DNA from: Capsulimonadaceae bacterium
GTDB lineage: Bacteria > Armatimonadota > Armatimonadia > Armatimonadales > Capsulimonadaceae
DNA: 64,000 bases
Assembly (NCBI GenBank): GCA_965215505.1
Contig: OZ244065.1
Coordinates: 4,512,001-4,576,000 of the forward strand
Direction: 5' to 3'
In this document: positions 20,184 through 29,936 of the stretch, in pieces
Layout: each line of letters opens with the position of its first letter
Position numbering within the stretch: the first letter of the stretch is position 1
Translations under genes and position numbers: made by a program
The notes under the pieces: generated by a model
Database searches by the model: none
What the model was told of the DNA's origin: nothing
The model's input: the letters and a program-made list of their open reading frames with translations, nothing else

Positions 20184-20416
20184 AAGAAGCACTGCAACGG
20201 AATTTCGTGGGCGCGCAGGTCTACCTGCGGCAAGACGATGGGGCAGAAAAAGTCAATGGGTATGTACTCTGGGAGGGCTTCTCCGGACACGACTTCCTCT
20301 GGCGTCAGAACTCCTTGCACCGTGTGCTGCGCCGCGAGTTCGGGGCGGAAGCGCAGGGCATCGCACACCTGTTCACCTACACGCCGAACGAGTACGAACA
20401 GATGACTGCCGTCTGA
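20168..20416 (+). CDS. Small BolA-like or degenerate MNT-like partner of the HEPN protein
   Basis: VLWEGFSG..FLWRQ..LHRVL...HLFTYTPNEYE pattern; overlaps the HEPN stop. Confidence 0.55.
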   Translation: MEERIKEALQRNFVGAQVYLRQDDGAEKVNGYVLWEGFSGHDFLWRQNSLHRVLRREFGAEAQGIAHLFTYTPNEYEQMTAV

Positions 20417-20463
20417 GATGCCCTGCGTATGATGCCCTGCGTATTGAGAAAAGGTGAGACGGA

Positions 20464-22266
20464 ATGAGCGAGGCCCCCACTGCCGACAGGGCCGAGCGCC
20501 GTGTCGTCGCCGCCCTGCTCGCCTTCACCCTGCTCGCCTCCACCCTGCCGTATGCCCTGGGGTACTTCCTCGCGCCCGTGATCGGGCCGCAGGGGACCAC
20601 CTTCATCGGCACCCCCTACAATATTGACGACTACTGCAACTACCTGTCCTGGCTGCGGCAGATGGCCGACGGCCGGTTCTTCCTGCACAACATGTTCACG
20701 ACGGACGCCCAGAACGACCTGGAGTTCAACGTCTTCTTCTGGGTGCTGGGGCGCGTTATGGCCCTCACCCACTGCTCCCCCCAGGCCGTTCTGCAAGGGG
20801 CGCGGCTGGCCGGCGGCGGCGTGCTGCTGCGGCTCGTCTATCGCTTCTACCGGCACTGCCTCCCCGCCGACCGGAACGCCCGTCTGACCGCCTTCGGCTT
20901 CGCCTGCCTGTCCAGCGGGTTCGGCTGGGTGCAGTGGTCGCACTGGCGCGACAAGAACCTCCCCGGCGCACCCGTGGACGCCTGGCAGCCGGAGGCGTAC
21001 ACCTTCCTCAGCGTCTACACGTCGGCCCTGATGACCGTCAGCACCGTCTTCATCGTGGGCGCGCTGTATGCGCTCCTGCGCGGCGAGCAGACCGGCAAAA
21101 TGCGCTACGCGGTCTATGCGGGGCTGTGCGGCGGCATCCTGGGCAACATGCACTCCTACGACGTCCTGCACCTGTCGGCGGCCTGGGGCCTGTTCCTCGT
21201 CGTCTGGACCATCTTCAAACGCGGCCGAGGCGTCGCCCCGAGCTGGGCGCGCGCCCTCGTCGCCCTCGGCTTGACCCTGCCGACGACGCTCTACATGTAT
21301 CACGTTTTCAACGCCGAGGCGGTCTTCAAAGCCCGCGCGAACGTGCCGACTCTGTCCCCCGCCGTCTGGCACTACTTCCTGGCCTACGGGCTTGTCTTCC
21401 TGCTGGCGGTCGTGGCGGCAGTGAAGATGATCCGGTCAGCCCCCACCCCCCGCCCCTCCCCCGCAAGCGGGAGAGGGGAGCCGGATGGAGAAGGTCTGGA
21501 TAGAGAAGGTGCGGGTAGTCTCCATTCCCCTTCTGAATCCAAATCTGACTCCCCTCTCCCGCTTGCGGGGGAGGGGCGGGGGGTGGGGGCCTCCCTCCCC
21601 CTCGTCTTCGCCCTCTGCTGGGCCGTCGGCGGCTTGCTGGTCTGCTACCTGCCCTTCGCCTTCCAGCGCAAGATGCTGATGGGCGAACACATCCCCCTGT
21701 GCCTGCTGGCCGGGGTCGGCGCGGCCTGGCTGGCGCGTCGCCATGCGCCCCGTGTTCAGGTGCTTGTCCTCGCCCTGCTCGTGCTGGCCTCCGCCCCCTC
21801 CAACGCCCTGTTCCTGCTCCGCGACATGCATCACCTCACGACCGACCACAGCGAGACGCACCTGTTCCCCTTCCTGCCCGCAGACCTCGTGGACGTGTAC
21901 CGCTGGCTCCGGGCGGAGACGCCCGCCGAGGCGGCCGTGGTCGGGCCGCCCGGCTACTGCACCTACCTCCCCGGCGAGGCGGGCCGCGTCGTCTGGGCCG
22001 GCCACTGGGCCGAGACGCCGCACTACGGCCGCAAGGACGCCGAGTTCGCCGACGCCTTCGACCGCGTCGCCTCGGACTATGGACGCCATCAGTTCCTGCT
22101 GGACACCAAGGCGCAGTACCTGTTCTATCCCAACGAGATCACCCCGACCGACACGTTCAAGCGCCGCGACGGGCCGCATCATTGGGTGGAACTGACCAAG
22201 GCGCCTCCGCCGTACCTGAGAGAAGTCTACAAGAACGGCTCGTTCACGGTGTACGAGATACGGTAG
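20464..22266 (+). CDS. Polytopic membrane protein, GT-C glycosyltransferase-like
   Basis: Many TM helices, DD motif in the first loop (NIDDY..Y), HSYD, C-terminal VWAGHWAET. Confidence 0.7.
   Translation: MSEAPTADRAERRVVAALLAFTLLASTLPYALGYFLAPVIGPQGTTFIGTPYNIDDYCNYLSWLRQMADGRFFLHNMFTTDAQNDLEFNVFFWVLGRVMALTHCSPQAVLQGARLAGGGVLLRLVYRFYRHCLPADRNARLTAFGFACLSSGFGWVQWSHWRDKNLPGAPVDAWQPEAYTFLSVYTSALMTVSTVFIVGALYALLRGEQTGKMRYAVYAGLCGGILGNMHSYDVLHLSAAWGLFLVVWTIFKRGRGVAPSWARALVALGLTLPTTLYMYHVFNAEAVFKARANVPTLSPAVWHYFLAYGLVFLLAVVAAVKMIRSAPTPRPSPASGRGEPDGEGLDREGAGSLHSPSESKSDSPLPLAGEGRGVGASLPLVFALCWAVGGLLVCYLPFAFQRKMLMGEHIPLCLLAGVGAAWLARRHAPRVQVLVLALLVLASAPSNALFLLRDMHHLTTDHSETHLFPFLPADLVDVYRWLRAETPAEAAVVGPPGYCTYLPGEAGRVVWAGHWAETPHYGRKDAEFADAFDRVASDYGRHQFLLDTKAQYLFYPNEITPTDTFKRRDGPHHWVELTKAPPPYLREVYKNGSFTVYEIR
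21439..21590. repeat. Palindromic element with perfect 42-bp terminal inverted repeats inside a CDS
   Basis: GCCCCCACCCCCCGCCCCTCCCCCGCAAGCGGGAGAGGGGAG at 21439-21480 and its exact reverse complement at 21549-21590. Confidence 0.9.
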
Positions 22267-22303
22267 GTTGCATTTCCTGCCTGACTTACGATATAATATC
22301 CTG

Positions 22304-23746
22304 ATGACAATTGTAAGCGAAGTGCCCCCGTCGGGCCTGAACTCCATAGAACTGCCGGGCACCGGGCGGGGCGGCTACACCGTCTTGACCTGGGGCTGCC
22401 AGATGAACGAGGACGACTCGGCCCAAATGGCCGCCATGCTCGAAGGGCAGGGGTACGTCCCCGCCGAGCGGATCGAGGACGCCTCGGTCATCCTGCTCAA
22501 CACCTGCTCCGTCCGCGCAAAGCCCGAGCGCAAGGCCTACAGCAAGTTGGGCGAGCTGCGCGAGCTGAAGGCGCTGAACCCCGACCTCGTGATCGGCGTC
22601 TGCGGCTGCATGGCGCAGAAGGAAGCGCCCGAGATCCGGCGCCGCGCCCCCTATGTGGACCTCGTCGTCGGGACGGGCCAGATAGACCGCGTCCCGGCCC
22701 TCGTGGAGCGGGTCCGGGCCGAGCGGTCGGCAATCATCGCCACCGAACTGCCCTCGCGCCGGGACCGTAATGATAAGTTCACGCCGCTCCGCGTCGTGGG
22801 CGTGCCGCGCGGGACCGCCCCCAAGCTGAAGTCGTTCGTGTCCATCTCCTATGGATGCGACAAGTTCTGCGAGTTCTGCATCGTCCCCATCACGCGCGGC
22901 AAGGAGCGGTCCCGGCCCGCCGATGACATTGTTCTGGAAGTGGAGAGGCTGGCCTCGCTCGGCACCAAGCAGGTGACACTGCTGGGGCAGACCGTGAACT
23001 CCTACGGCAAGTTTCTGGACGAGCCGTGTTCCTTCGCGCATCTATTGGAGCGTCTGAACGCCATCGAGGGCATCGAGCGGATACGCTACACCTCGCCATA
23101 CCCCAAGGACTTCCATCAGGACGTCATTGACGCCATCGCCGGGCTTCCTAAAGTCTGTGAGCAGGTGCATATGCCCGTGCAAGTGGGCGACGACGTTCTG
23201 CTGAAACGGATGCACCGTGGGTACACTCTCGACCAGTACAAAGACATCGTGGCCCGCCTCCGGGCCGCCGTCCCGGACGTGGGGCTGACGACGGACCTGA
23301 TGCTCGGCTTTCCCGGCGAGACGCACGAGCAGTTCGAAAACACCTTGCGGTTCGTGGCCGAGACGCGCTACGACGCCGCCTTCATGTTCGCCTACTCGCC
23401 GCGCGAGGGGACGAAAGCGGCCGTCCTGGACGACCAGATCCCCGAGGCCGTCAAGATGGCCCGGCTGAACGAATTGATAGAACTGCAAAATCGGATCACC
23501 CTGCAAATGAACGCGGAGCAGGTGGGGAACGTCTATGAGGTGCTGGTCGAGCGGCGCAGCCCCAAGGACCCCCTGAAGTGGACCGGGCTGAACCGGCAGG
23601 GCAAGACGATCAACTTCCCCGCTTCGCGCGACCTGGAAGGCCAGCTAGTCCGCGTGAAAGCCGTCAAGTCGCACCTATGGGGCTTCACGGGCGAGATGCT
23701 GCCCGCGCGCACGGGGCGCGGGCTGACGCTTACGATGGCGGAGTAG
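22304..23746 (+). CDS. miaB: tRNA-2-methylthio-N6-dimethylallyladenosine synthase
   Basis: TWGCQMN, LNTCSVR, GCMAQ, radical SAM CDKFCEFC, C-terminal TRAM; TATAAT 6 nt before the ATG. Confidence 0.95.
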   Translation: MTIVSEVPPSGLNSIELPGTGRGGYTVLTWGCQMNEDDSAQMAAMLEGQGYVPAERIEDASVILLNTCSVRAKPERKAYSKLGELRELKALNPDLVIGVCGCMAQKEAPEIRRRAPYVDLVVGTGQIDRVPALVERVRAERSAIIATELPSRRDRNDKFTPLRVVGVPRGTAPKLKSFVSISYGCDKFCEFCIVPITRGKERSRPADDIVLEVERLASLGTKQVTLLGQTVNSYGKFLDEPCSFAHLLERLNAIEGIERIRYTSPYPKDFHQDVIDAIAGLPKVCEQVHMPVQVGDDVLLKRMHRGYTLDQYKDIVARLRAAVPDVGLTTDLMLGFPGETHEQFENTLRFVAETRYDAAFMFAYSPREGTKAAVLDDQIPEAVKMARLNELIELQNRITLQMNAEQVGNVYEVLVERRSPKDPLKWTGLNRQGKTINFPASRDLEGQLVRVKAVKSHLWGFTGEMLPARTGRGLTLTMAE

Positions 23747-23756
23747 GGTTTCATCT

Positions 23757-25172
23757 ATGAGCAAAGGCAAAAAGATCGCGCTGTGGTCTACCCTGACCGT
23801 TCTTTTCCTGGTCGCATTCGGGGCGACCGCGTTGCTGCGGACTTACGGCAAGATGATCCACGCGGGCGGCGGCTTTAAAGGCATCGGCCGGACCATCAGA
23901 GGCATCGGGGAGACACTGCACCCCAAAGAGGGCTTCCCAGGTCAGGACAAGCTCACCATCGTCTGCATGGGGATCGACGACAACTGGACCAACAACGATG
24001 TCGTCTACACGGCCAACGCCCGCACCGACACCCTGTTTGTCCTGACGCTCGACCTGAAGAACAAGAAGGCGACGATGCTTTCTATCCCGCGCGACACCTA
24101 CGCCCACATCGTCGGCACCAAGAACGACTGGCACTTCAAGATCAACGCCGCCTACACTACGGGCGGGCCGCTCCGCACCGTCGCCACCGTGAACGAGTTC
24201 CTGGGGACCAGCGCCGACCACTACATGGTGCTGAACATTGACGCCACCAAAAAGATGGTAGACGCCATCGGCGGCGTGGACGTGAACGTCGAACACGAGA
24301 TGCACTACCACGACAAGTGGGGCCACCTCAGCATTGACCTCCACCCCGGCGAGCAGCACCTGATGGGCGACGACGCAGTCGGGTTTGCCCGCTACCGCCA
24401 CCCGGACGCGGGCAAAAAGATCACGCCCGAGGACGGCGACGAGCGCCGCATGTACCGCCAGCACCTCCTGCTGCGCGCGATGGTGGACAGGGGCAAGACC
24501 TTCGCGAACGTCGCGCAGGCCCCGCACCTGGTGGACGTCGCCATGGGGTCCATCCGCACCGACCTGACTCGCCAGCAGCTCTTCGACCTGGCCGCGATCT
24601 TCAAGGGCGTCCAGCAGAACGACATCCAGACCGCCTCCATCCCCGGCGATGACTTCCGGGGCGAGGACGGTGCGTGGCTCTACCGGATCAAGCCCGAGAT
24701 CGCCCACGCCTACGCCGACTGGCTGGTCAAGGGCGACCCGACTGCCCCCCGCCGGCTGGTCACGGTGGTCGTCAAGAACGGCACCCTGACGCCGGGCCTG
24801 GCCCAGCGCGCCGTGGAGCAGCTCCGGGCGATGGGCTACACGGACGTCCAGAACGGCGGCAACGCCGACCGGCCCCGCCTCCAGATGGCCTCGGTGAAAC
24901 CCTCCGGCAAGGCGGAAGTCCCCCGGACCACCCTGCTCGACACGGGCGTCGCCGACGCCGCCGCCCCCCAGGACGTCGCAAACCTGCTGGGCATCAGCGC
25001 GCCCGTGGCCTCGCGCCACCCGCTCAAGCCCAACAAACTCGGCTGGACACCCCCGCCCACCGTGACCGTGACGCTGGGCCAGGACTACGCCTCCGCCTAC
25101 AAAACCGCCGTCGCCAACGGCCTCCTCCCATCGCCGCGCATGGGGAGCGGTACGCCGGCGAGCGCGAACTAG
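23757..25172 (+). CDS. LCP (LytR-CpsA-Psr) family protein with LytR_C domain
   Basis: N-terminal TM, RTDT, SIPRDT, KINAAY, ARYRH, D..R..RQ; VVVKNGT...GLA. Confidence 0.92.
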   Translation: MSKGKKIALWSTLTVLFLVAFGATALLRTYGKMIHAGGGFKGIGRTIRGIGETLHPKEGFPGQDKLTIVCMGIDDNWTNNDVVYTANARTDTLFVLTLDLKNKKATMLSIPRDTYAHIVGTKNDWHFKINAAYTTGGPLRTVATVNEFLGTSADHYMVLNIDATKKMVDAIGGVDVNVEHEMHYHDKWGHLSIDLHPGEQHLMGDDAVGFARYRHPDAGKKITPEDGDERRMYRQHLLLRAMVDRGKTFANVAQAPHLVDVAMGSIRTDLTRQQLFDLAAIFKGVQQNDIQTASIPGDDFRGEDGAWLYRIKPEIAHAYADWLVKGDPTAPRRLVTVVVKNGTLTPGLAQRAVEQLRAMGYTDVQNGGNADRPRLQMASVKPSGKAEVPRTTLLDTGVADAAAPQDVANLLGISAPVASRHPLKPNKLGWTPPPTVTVTLGQDYASAYKTAVANGLLPSPRMGSGTPASAN

Positions 25173-25200
25173 CCACGCCCGCTGGGGCAAGGGGGCCAGT

Positions 25201-26019
25201 GTGCAGCAGACCCCGATCCGCGCTTTGATGATCGGGGCGCATCCCGACGACTGCGAATATCTGGCCGGCGGGCTTGCCGCCAAGTACCGCGCCCTGGGCC
25301 ACACAGTCAAATTCGTGTCCGTGACCAACGGCAATGCCGGGCATCACGAGATGGGCGGCGGGCCGCTCGCCCGGCGGCGCTTGGAGGAGACGCGCCGCGT
25401 CTCCGCCCTGACCGGGATCGAGTACGAGATCCTGGACAATGACGACGGCAAATTAGAGGCCGATCTCGCCGCCCGCGCCCAGGTCATCAGCCTGATCCGT
25501 GCCTCCAAGCCTGACCTGATCTTCACCCACCGGACCAACGACTACCACCCCGACCACCGGCGCACCGGCATCCTCGTCCAGGACGCCTCCTACCTGATCC
25601 GCGTCCCCAACGTCTGCCCCCTCGCCCCCCACCTGAGCTACAGCCCGGTCATCCTGCACCTCCAGGACGGCTTCCAGAAGCCCATCCCGTTCTCGCCCGA
25701 TGTCGTCGTCGCCATTGACGACGTGCTGGACGACAAGGTCCGGATGCTCCACTGCCACGAGTCGCAGTTCTACGAGTGGCTGCCCTGGATCGGCGGCTAC
25801 GCCGACCATCTCCCCGACGGTGACGCGGCCCGCCTCGCCTGGATGCGCGAGCGCCGGGAAGAGTACGATGGCGAAGTCGCCGACCGCTTCCGCGGCCATC
25901 TCGTCGCCCGCTACGGCGAGGCGGAAGGCCGGGCCGTGCGGTGTGCCGAGGCGTTCGAAGTGAGCGAATACGGCCGCCCCCTCCCCCCGGACGAGGTCGC
26001 CCGCTGGTTCCCTTTGTAG
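25201..26019 (+). CDS. PIG-L family deacetylase
   Basis: GAHPDD, R..E, DYHPDH, HESQ, AEAF. Confidence 0.92.
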   Translation: MQQTPIRALMIGAHPDDCEYLAGGLAAKYRALGHTVKFVSVTNGNAGHHEMGGGPLARRRLEETRRVSALTGIEYEILDNDDGKLEADLAARAQVISLIRASKPDLIFTHRTNDYHPDHRRTGILVQDASYLIRVPNVCPLAPHLSYSPVILHLQDGFQKPIPFSPDVVVAIDDVLDDKVRMLHCHESQFYEWLPWIGGYADHLPDGDAARLAWMRERREEYDGEVADRFRGHLVARYGEAEGRAVRCAEAFEVSEYGRPLPPDEVARWFPL

Positions 26020-26038
26020 GGGCGAGGTTTCCCCGCCC
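26016..26038. repeat. Single GTAG-family REP
   Basis: GTAGGGGCGAGGTTTCCCCGCCC; its TAG is the stop codon of the deacetylase. Confidence 0.5.
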
Positions 26039-26118
26039 TCCCTCATCCCGCCCTCGCCTTGCCATTCGCATTCCGTATCTGCTATAATCAAGAGGCCGTG
26101 TGATGGGAAGACTGCCTC

Positions 26119-26527
26119 ATGCCTGCGATAGAGGTCGTTTTTTATAAAGGATGTTGATGACACCGTCCCTGTGCGAGACCGGCTCACGGCACTACGGCGC
26201 AGACAGCCTCGTGCGTATGCCAAATGCGAGGTGCGTATCGCCCGACTGGCAGAAGTCGGCCATGAGATACGGCCTCCTGAGTCTGACTTCTTGCGGGACG
26301 GCATCCATGAATTGCGGACACGCCTCGGTACTGTCAACTACCGCCTCCTCTATTTTTATCACGGTCAAACCGCTGCTGTGTTGGTACACGCAATGACGAA
26401 AGAGGCCGCCGTGCCCGGTCGTGAAATAGATCGCGCCATCGAGCGAATGCAGAAGTTCCAGGCAGGCCCGGACAGGCACACTTATCGGGAGCCGGTCGCG
26501 GAGGACGATAATGAAGACGACCAGTGA
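26119..26527 (+). pseudogene. RelE/HigB (Gp49-like) toxin with one extra base near 26140-26150
   Basis: MPAIEVVFYK then frame change to DVDDTVPVRD...LRDGIHELR...YRLLYF...LVHAMTK; TTGCCA-N18-TATAAT upstream. Confidence 0.75.
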
Positions 26528-26822
26528 TGCCGTAGAAATATTGGACCGGATGGTAGGTGATGATCGCGAGATGCGGGTCATGCTCGAAGAAGAGCAGGAA
26601 AAATCGCGCGTCGCCCGGATGATTTATGATGCCCGTATTGCAGCAGGCTTGACACAGGGAGAGCTTGCAACGCGTGTCGGTACGCGGCCCTGGGTCATCG
26701 CCCGTCTGGAAGACGCGGATTACGACGGGAATATATTGGACATGCTGGCCCGTATCGCACGTTGCCTGGATCAGCGGGTGGAAGCCCGATTGGTTCCTCG
26801 TCAGGCCGCAGCAGTGGCCTGA
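26511..26822 (+). CDS. XRE-family HTH antitoxin (HigA-like)
   Basis: ARIAAGLTQGELA.RVGT....IARLE; overlaps the toxin end. Confidence 0.88.
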   Translation: MKTTSDAVEILDRMVGDDREMRVMLEEEQEKSRVARMIYDARIAAGLTQGELATRVGTRPWVIARLEDADYDGNILDMLARIARCLDQRVEARLVPRQAAAVA

Positions 26823-26935
26823 GCCTCGTCCGACGACCTCCTGACCCATCCCGCCGCTGCGCGGCCACCGAAAGCGCGCCGGGGCGGGTTCTTTTTGTTT
26901 CTTGGGCACCGATACCGAACGGGTGTACGATAAAA

Positions 26936-29593
26936 ATGGCCTTCTCACTCTCCAGCCTCAACTCTACCAGCCTCTCCCCCATGCTGCGGCAGTACTTCGA
27001 CTTCAAAGCCGAGCGGCCCGATGTCGTCCTGCTAATGCGCGTCGGGGACTTCTACGAGGCTTACGGGGAGGACGCCGAGATCATCGCGCGGGAGCTGGAG
27101 ATCACGCTGACGGGCCGCGAGGACAAGCAGGCCGGCGCGCGCATCCCCATGGCGGGCGTCCCACACCACGCGATGGAGCGGTATGTGGCCCGGCTCATCG
27201 GCAAGGGGTACAAGGTCGCCGTCTGCGACCAGGTGGAAGACCCCAAATTGTCCAAGGGCCTGGTCAAGCGCAAGGTGACGCGCGTGATGACGCCCGGCAC
27301 CATCGTCGAGGACGCCATGCTCGACGCCAAGACCAACAACTACCTGGTCGCGGCGATCACCGGCGCGAAGGTGCCTTCGGGCGTCGGGGTCGTAGACGTA
27401 TCCACGGGCGAGTTCCTGGCGACCGAGATGCCCTGTGATGCGGGGCCGGAGAAGGTGGTGGAGGAGATCATGCGCCTCCAACCCGCCGAGTGCCTGCTGC
27501 TGCCGGGCATGGAAGAGCTGGGCGACCAGATCAAGGCGGCCTCCAAGACCGTCGTGACCTTCCACCAACCCGCCGAGACGCGCCGGTCCTCCCGGCAGGT
27601 GCTTTTGGACCACTTCGGGACGCCTTCGCTTCGCGGCTACGGGGCCGAGCAGATGACGTCCGGCCTGGACGCCGCCGCCCTGCTTCTGGACTATGTCAAG
27701 CAGACTCAGCAGGGGGCGGCGACGCACATCCGGAGCCTCGCGACCTACTCCACCGAGAACTACATGGTGCTGGATGCCGCCGCCCGGCGCAACCTGGAGC
27801 TGACGCACTCCCTGGCGGACGGGGCCAAGAGCAAGAGCCTCGTTTCCATCCTGGACCGCACCGTCACCCCGCTTGGCGGGCGGCTGCTGCGGAAGTGGTT
27901 CGACCAGCCCTTGCTGGCGCTGGACAAGATTCACAACCGGCAGGCCGCCGTCGGCGAGTGCCACGCCGACGCCCTGCTGCGCGGGGACCTGCGCGACGCC
28001 CTGCGGCGCATCGCCGACCTGGAGCGGCTGACCGCCCGCATCTGCTCCGGGGCGGCCAACGCCCGCGACCTGATCTCGCTCAAACAGTCGCTCCAGGCCT
28101 TGCCCGAAGTAGAAACCGCCCTGGCCCGCGCCCCCGAAGGCGGCGCGCTCGCCCCCATGCGGGCGGTGATCGCCGACGCCCCGCCCGCCCTGCTGGAACT
28201 GCTGGAGACGACCATCCAGCCCGAGCCGCCCGTGCTGCTCCGCGAGGGCGGCCTGATCCGGGACGGCTACAGCGAGGAACTGGACGCCCTGCGCGAGCTT
28301 CGGTCCGGCGGCAAGGCGTTTATCGCCAAGATCGAGGAAACGGAGCGCGAGCGGACCGGCATCAAGGGCCTCAAAGTCGGCTTCAACAACGTCTTCGGCT
28401 ACTACATCGAGGTCAGCAAGGCCGGCGGCGGCGGGGCTTCCATCCCTGCTGACTACCAGCGCAAGCAGACCACGGCGAACGCCGAGCGGTACATCACGCC
28501 CGCCCTCAAAGAGTACGAGGCGCAGGTCTTGGGGGCCGAGGAAAAGATCTTCGAGTTGGAGTACCGGCTGTTCATCCAGGTCCGGGACGAGATCGCGGAC
28601 AAGTACACCGGCCAGATTTTGAAGCTGGCGAAGACCCTAGCACGGCTGGACGTGTTCGGCGGGCTGGCCGAGGTCGCCCTGTCGGGCCGCTTCGTCTGCC
28701 CCGAGGTCCATGCGGGCGACACCCTCTCGATCACGGCGGGCCGCCACCCGGTCGTGGAAAGCCTGCAAAGCGGGACGTTGTTCGTCCCGAACGACACCTA
28801 CCTCGACGGCGAGGCGGCCCGGCTGCACATCATCACCGGCCCGAACTCGGCGGGCAAGAGTACCTATCTCCGTCAGGTCGCCCTGATCGTGCTTCTGGCC
28901 CAGATCGGGTCGTTCGTCCCCGCCGACGCCGCCTCCATCGGGCTGGTGGACCGCATCTTCACCCGAGTCGGCGCGCACGACGACCTGGCGAGCGGCCAGT
29001 CCACGTTCATGGTGGAGATGAACGAGACGGCCAACATCCTTAATAACGCCACGCCCCGGTCGCTGGTCATTTTGGACGAAGTGGGGCGCGGGACCAGCAC
29101 CTATGACGGCCTGGCCCTGGCCTGGGCGATCACCGAGTATCTGCACGCGGTCGGCGTCAAGACGCTGTTCGCCACCCACTACCACCACCTGAACGAACTC
29201 GAAAAGACCTTGGCGGGCGTCAAGAACTACCGCGTGGCCGTCAAGGAGCAGGGCGACCACATCGTCTGGCTCCGCAAGATCATGCCCGGCGGCACCGACA
29301 AGAGCTACGGCATCCAGGTGGCGAAGCTGGCCGGCGTCCCCGACCCCGTCCTGCGCCGCGCCCGCGAGGTCCTGAAGACCCTGGAGTCCATGGGCAAGGG
29401 TGAGGGGGCCGTCGGCGGCACCGACGCCGGGGAGCGCCTGTCGGCACAGACCCAGCGCCTCCAGGCCACGCTCTTCGAGGCCGAGCGCCACCCCGTGCTG
29501 GACGAGCTGGAGTCGCTCGACCTGGGCACGCTCTCGCCCATCGAGTCCTTGACCAAGCTGTACGAGCTACAGCGCAAGCTGACGGCCGGGTGA
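26936..29593 (+). CDS. mutS: DNA mismatch repair protein MutS
   Basis: PMLRQY, GDFYE, GPNSAGKST, STFMVEM, DEVGRGT, SYGIQVA. Confidence 0.98.
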   Translation: MAFSLSSLNSTSLSPMLRQYFDFKAERPDVVLLMRVGDFYEAYGEDAEIIARELEITLTGREDKQAGARIPMAGVPHHAMERYVARLIGKGYKVAVCDQVEDPKLSKGLVKRKVTRVMTPGTIVEDAMLDAKTNNYLVAAITGAKVPSGVGVVDVSTGEFLATEMPCDAGPEKVVEEIMRLQPAECLLLPGMEELGDQIKAASKTVVTFHQPAETRRSSRQVLLDHFGTPSLRGYGAEQMTSGLDAAALLLDYVKQTQQGAATHIRSLATYSTENYMVLDAAARRNLELTHSLADGAKSKSLVSILDRTVTPLGGRLLRKWFDQPLLALDKIHNRQAAVGECHADALLRGDLRDALRRIADLERLTARICSGAANARDLISLKQSLQALPEVETALARAPEGGALAPMRAVIADAPPALLELLETTIQPEPPVLLREGGLIRDGYSEELDALRELRSGGKAFIAKIEETERERTGIKGLKVGFNNVFGYYIEVSKAGGGGASIPADYQRKQTTANAERYITPALKEYEAQVLGAEEKIFELEYRLFIQVRDEIADKYTGQILKLAKTLARLDVFGGLAEVALSGRFVCPEVHAGDTLSITAGRHPVVESLQSGTLFVPNDTYLDGEAARLHIITGPNSAGKSTYLRQVALIVLLAQIGSFVPADAASIGLVDRIFTRVGAHDDLASGQSTFMVEMNETANILNNATPRSLVILDEVGRGTSTYDGLALAWAITEYLHAVGVKTLFATHYHHLNELEKTLAGVKNYRVAVKEQGDHIVWLRKIMPGGTDKSYGIQVAKLAGVPDPVLRRAREVLKTLESMGKGEGAVGGTDAGERLSAQTQRLQATLFEAERHPVLDELESLDLGTLSPIESLTKLYELQRKLTAG

Positions 29594-29627
29594 ATACTGG
29601 TATAATGGCCGCAGAGGGAGACGGGGC

Positions 29628-29936
29628 ATGGAGAACGTGACGCTGGACCGAGCCGCCGAGATCGTCAAGGCACTCACGCCGCAGGAGCAGTTGCAGCTCC
29701 GCGCGATGATAGACTCGTGGCAGGTGGAAACGCCGACTGAGACGCCAGCGGAAACGACGCCGGAACAGCAGCGTCGGCTGGCGGAGCATCTTTTCGCGGA
29801 GGGGATGATTGAGAATCTTCCCGCCCGCTATCGTGAGGGTTATGATCCTGAAGATGGCGCTGACCGGCATCCGCCCATCGTGGTGAGAGGCCGCCCCGTT
29901 TCAGAAACCCTTCTGGAAGACCGGGGGCCACGATAG
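29628..29936 (+). CDS. Putative antitoxin (VapB-like)
   Basis: Directly upstream of a PIN toxin; C-terminal GRPVSETLLEDR; TATAAT upstream. Confidence 0.7.
   Translation: MENVTLDRAAEIVKALTPQEQLQLRAMIDSWQVETPTETPAETTPEQQRRLAEHLFAEGMIENLPARYREGYDPEDGADRHPPIVVRGRPVSETLLEDRGPR

Noticed and set aside
23751-25334. 527-aa minus-strand ORF
   Set aside because: Antisense shadow of the LCP gene.
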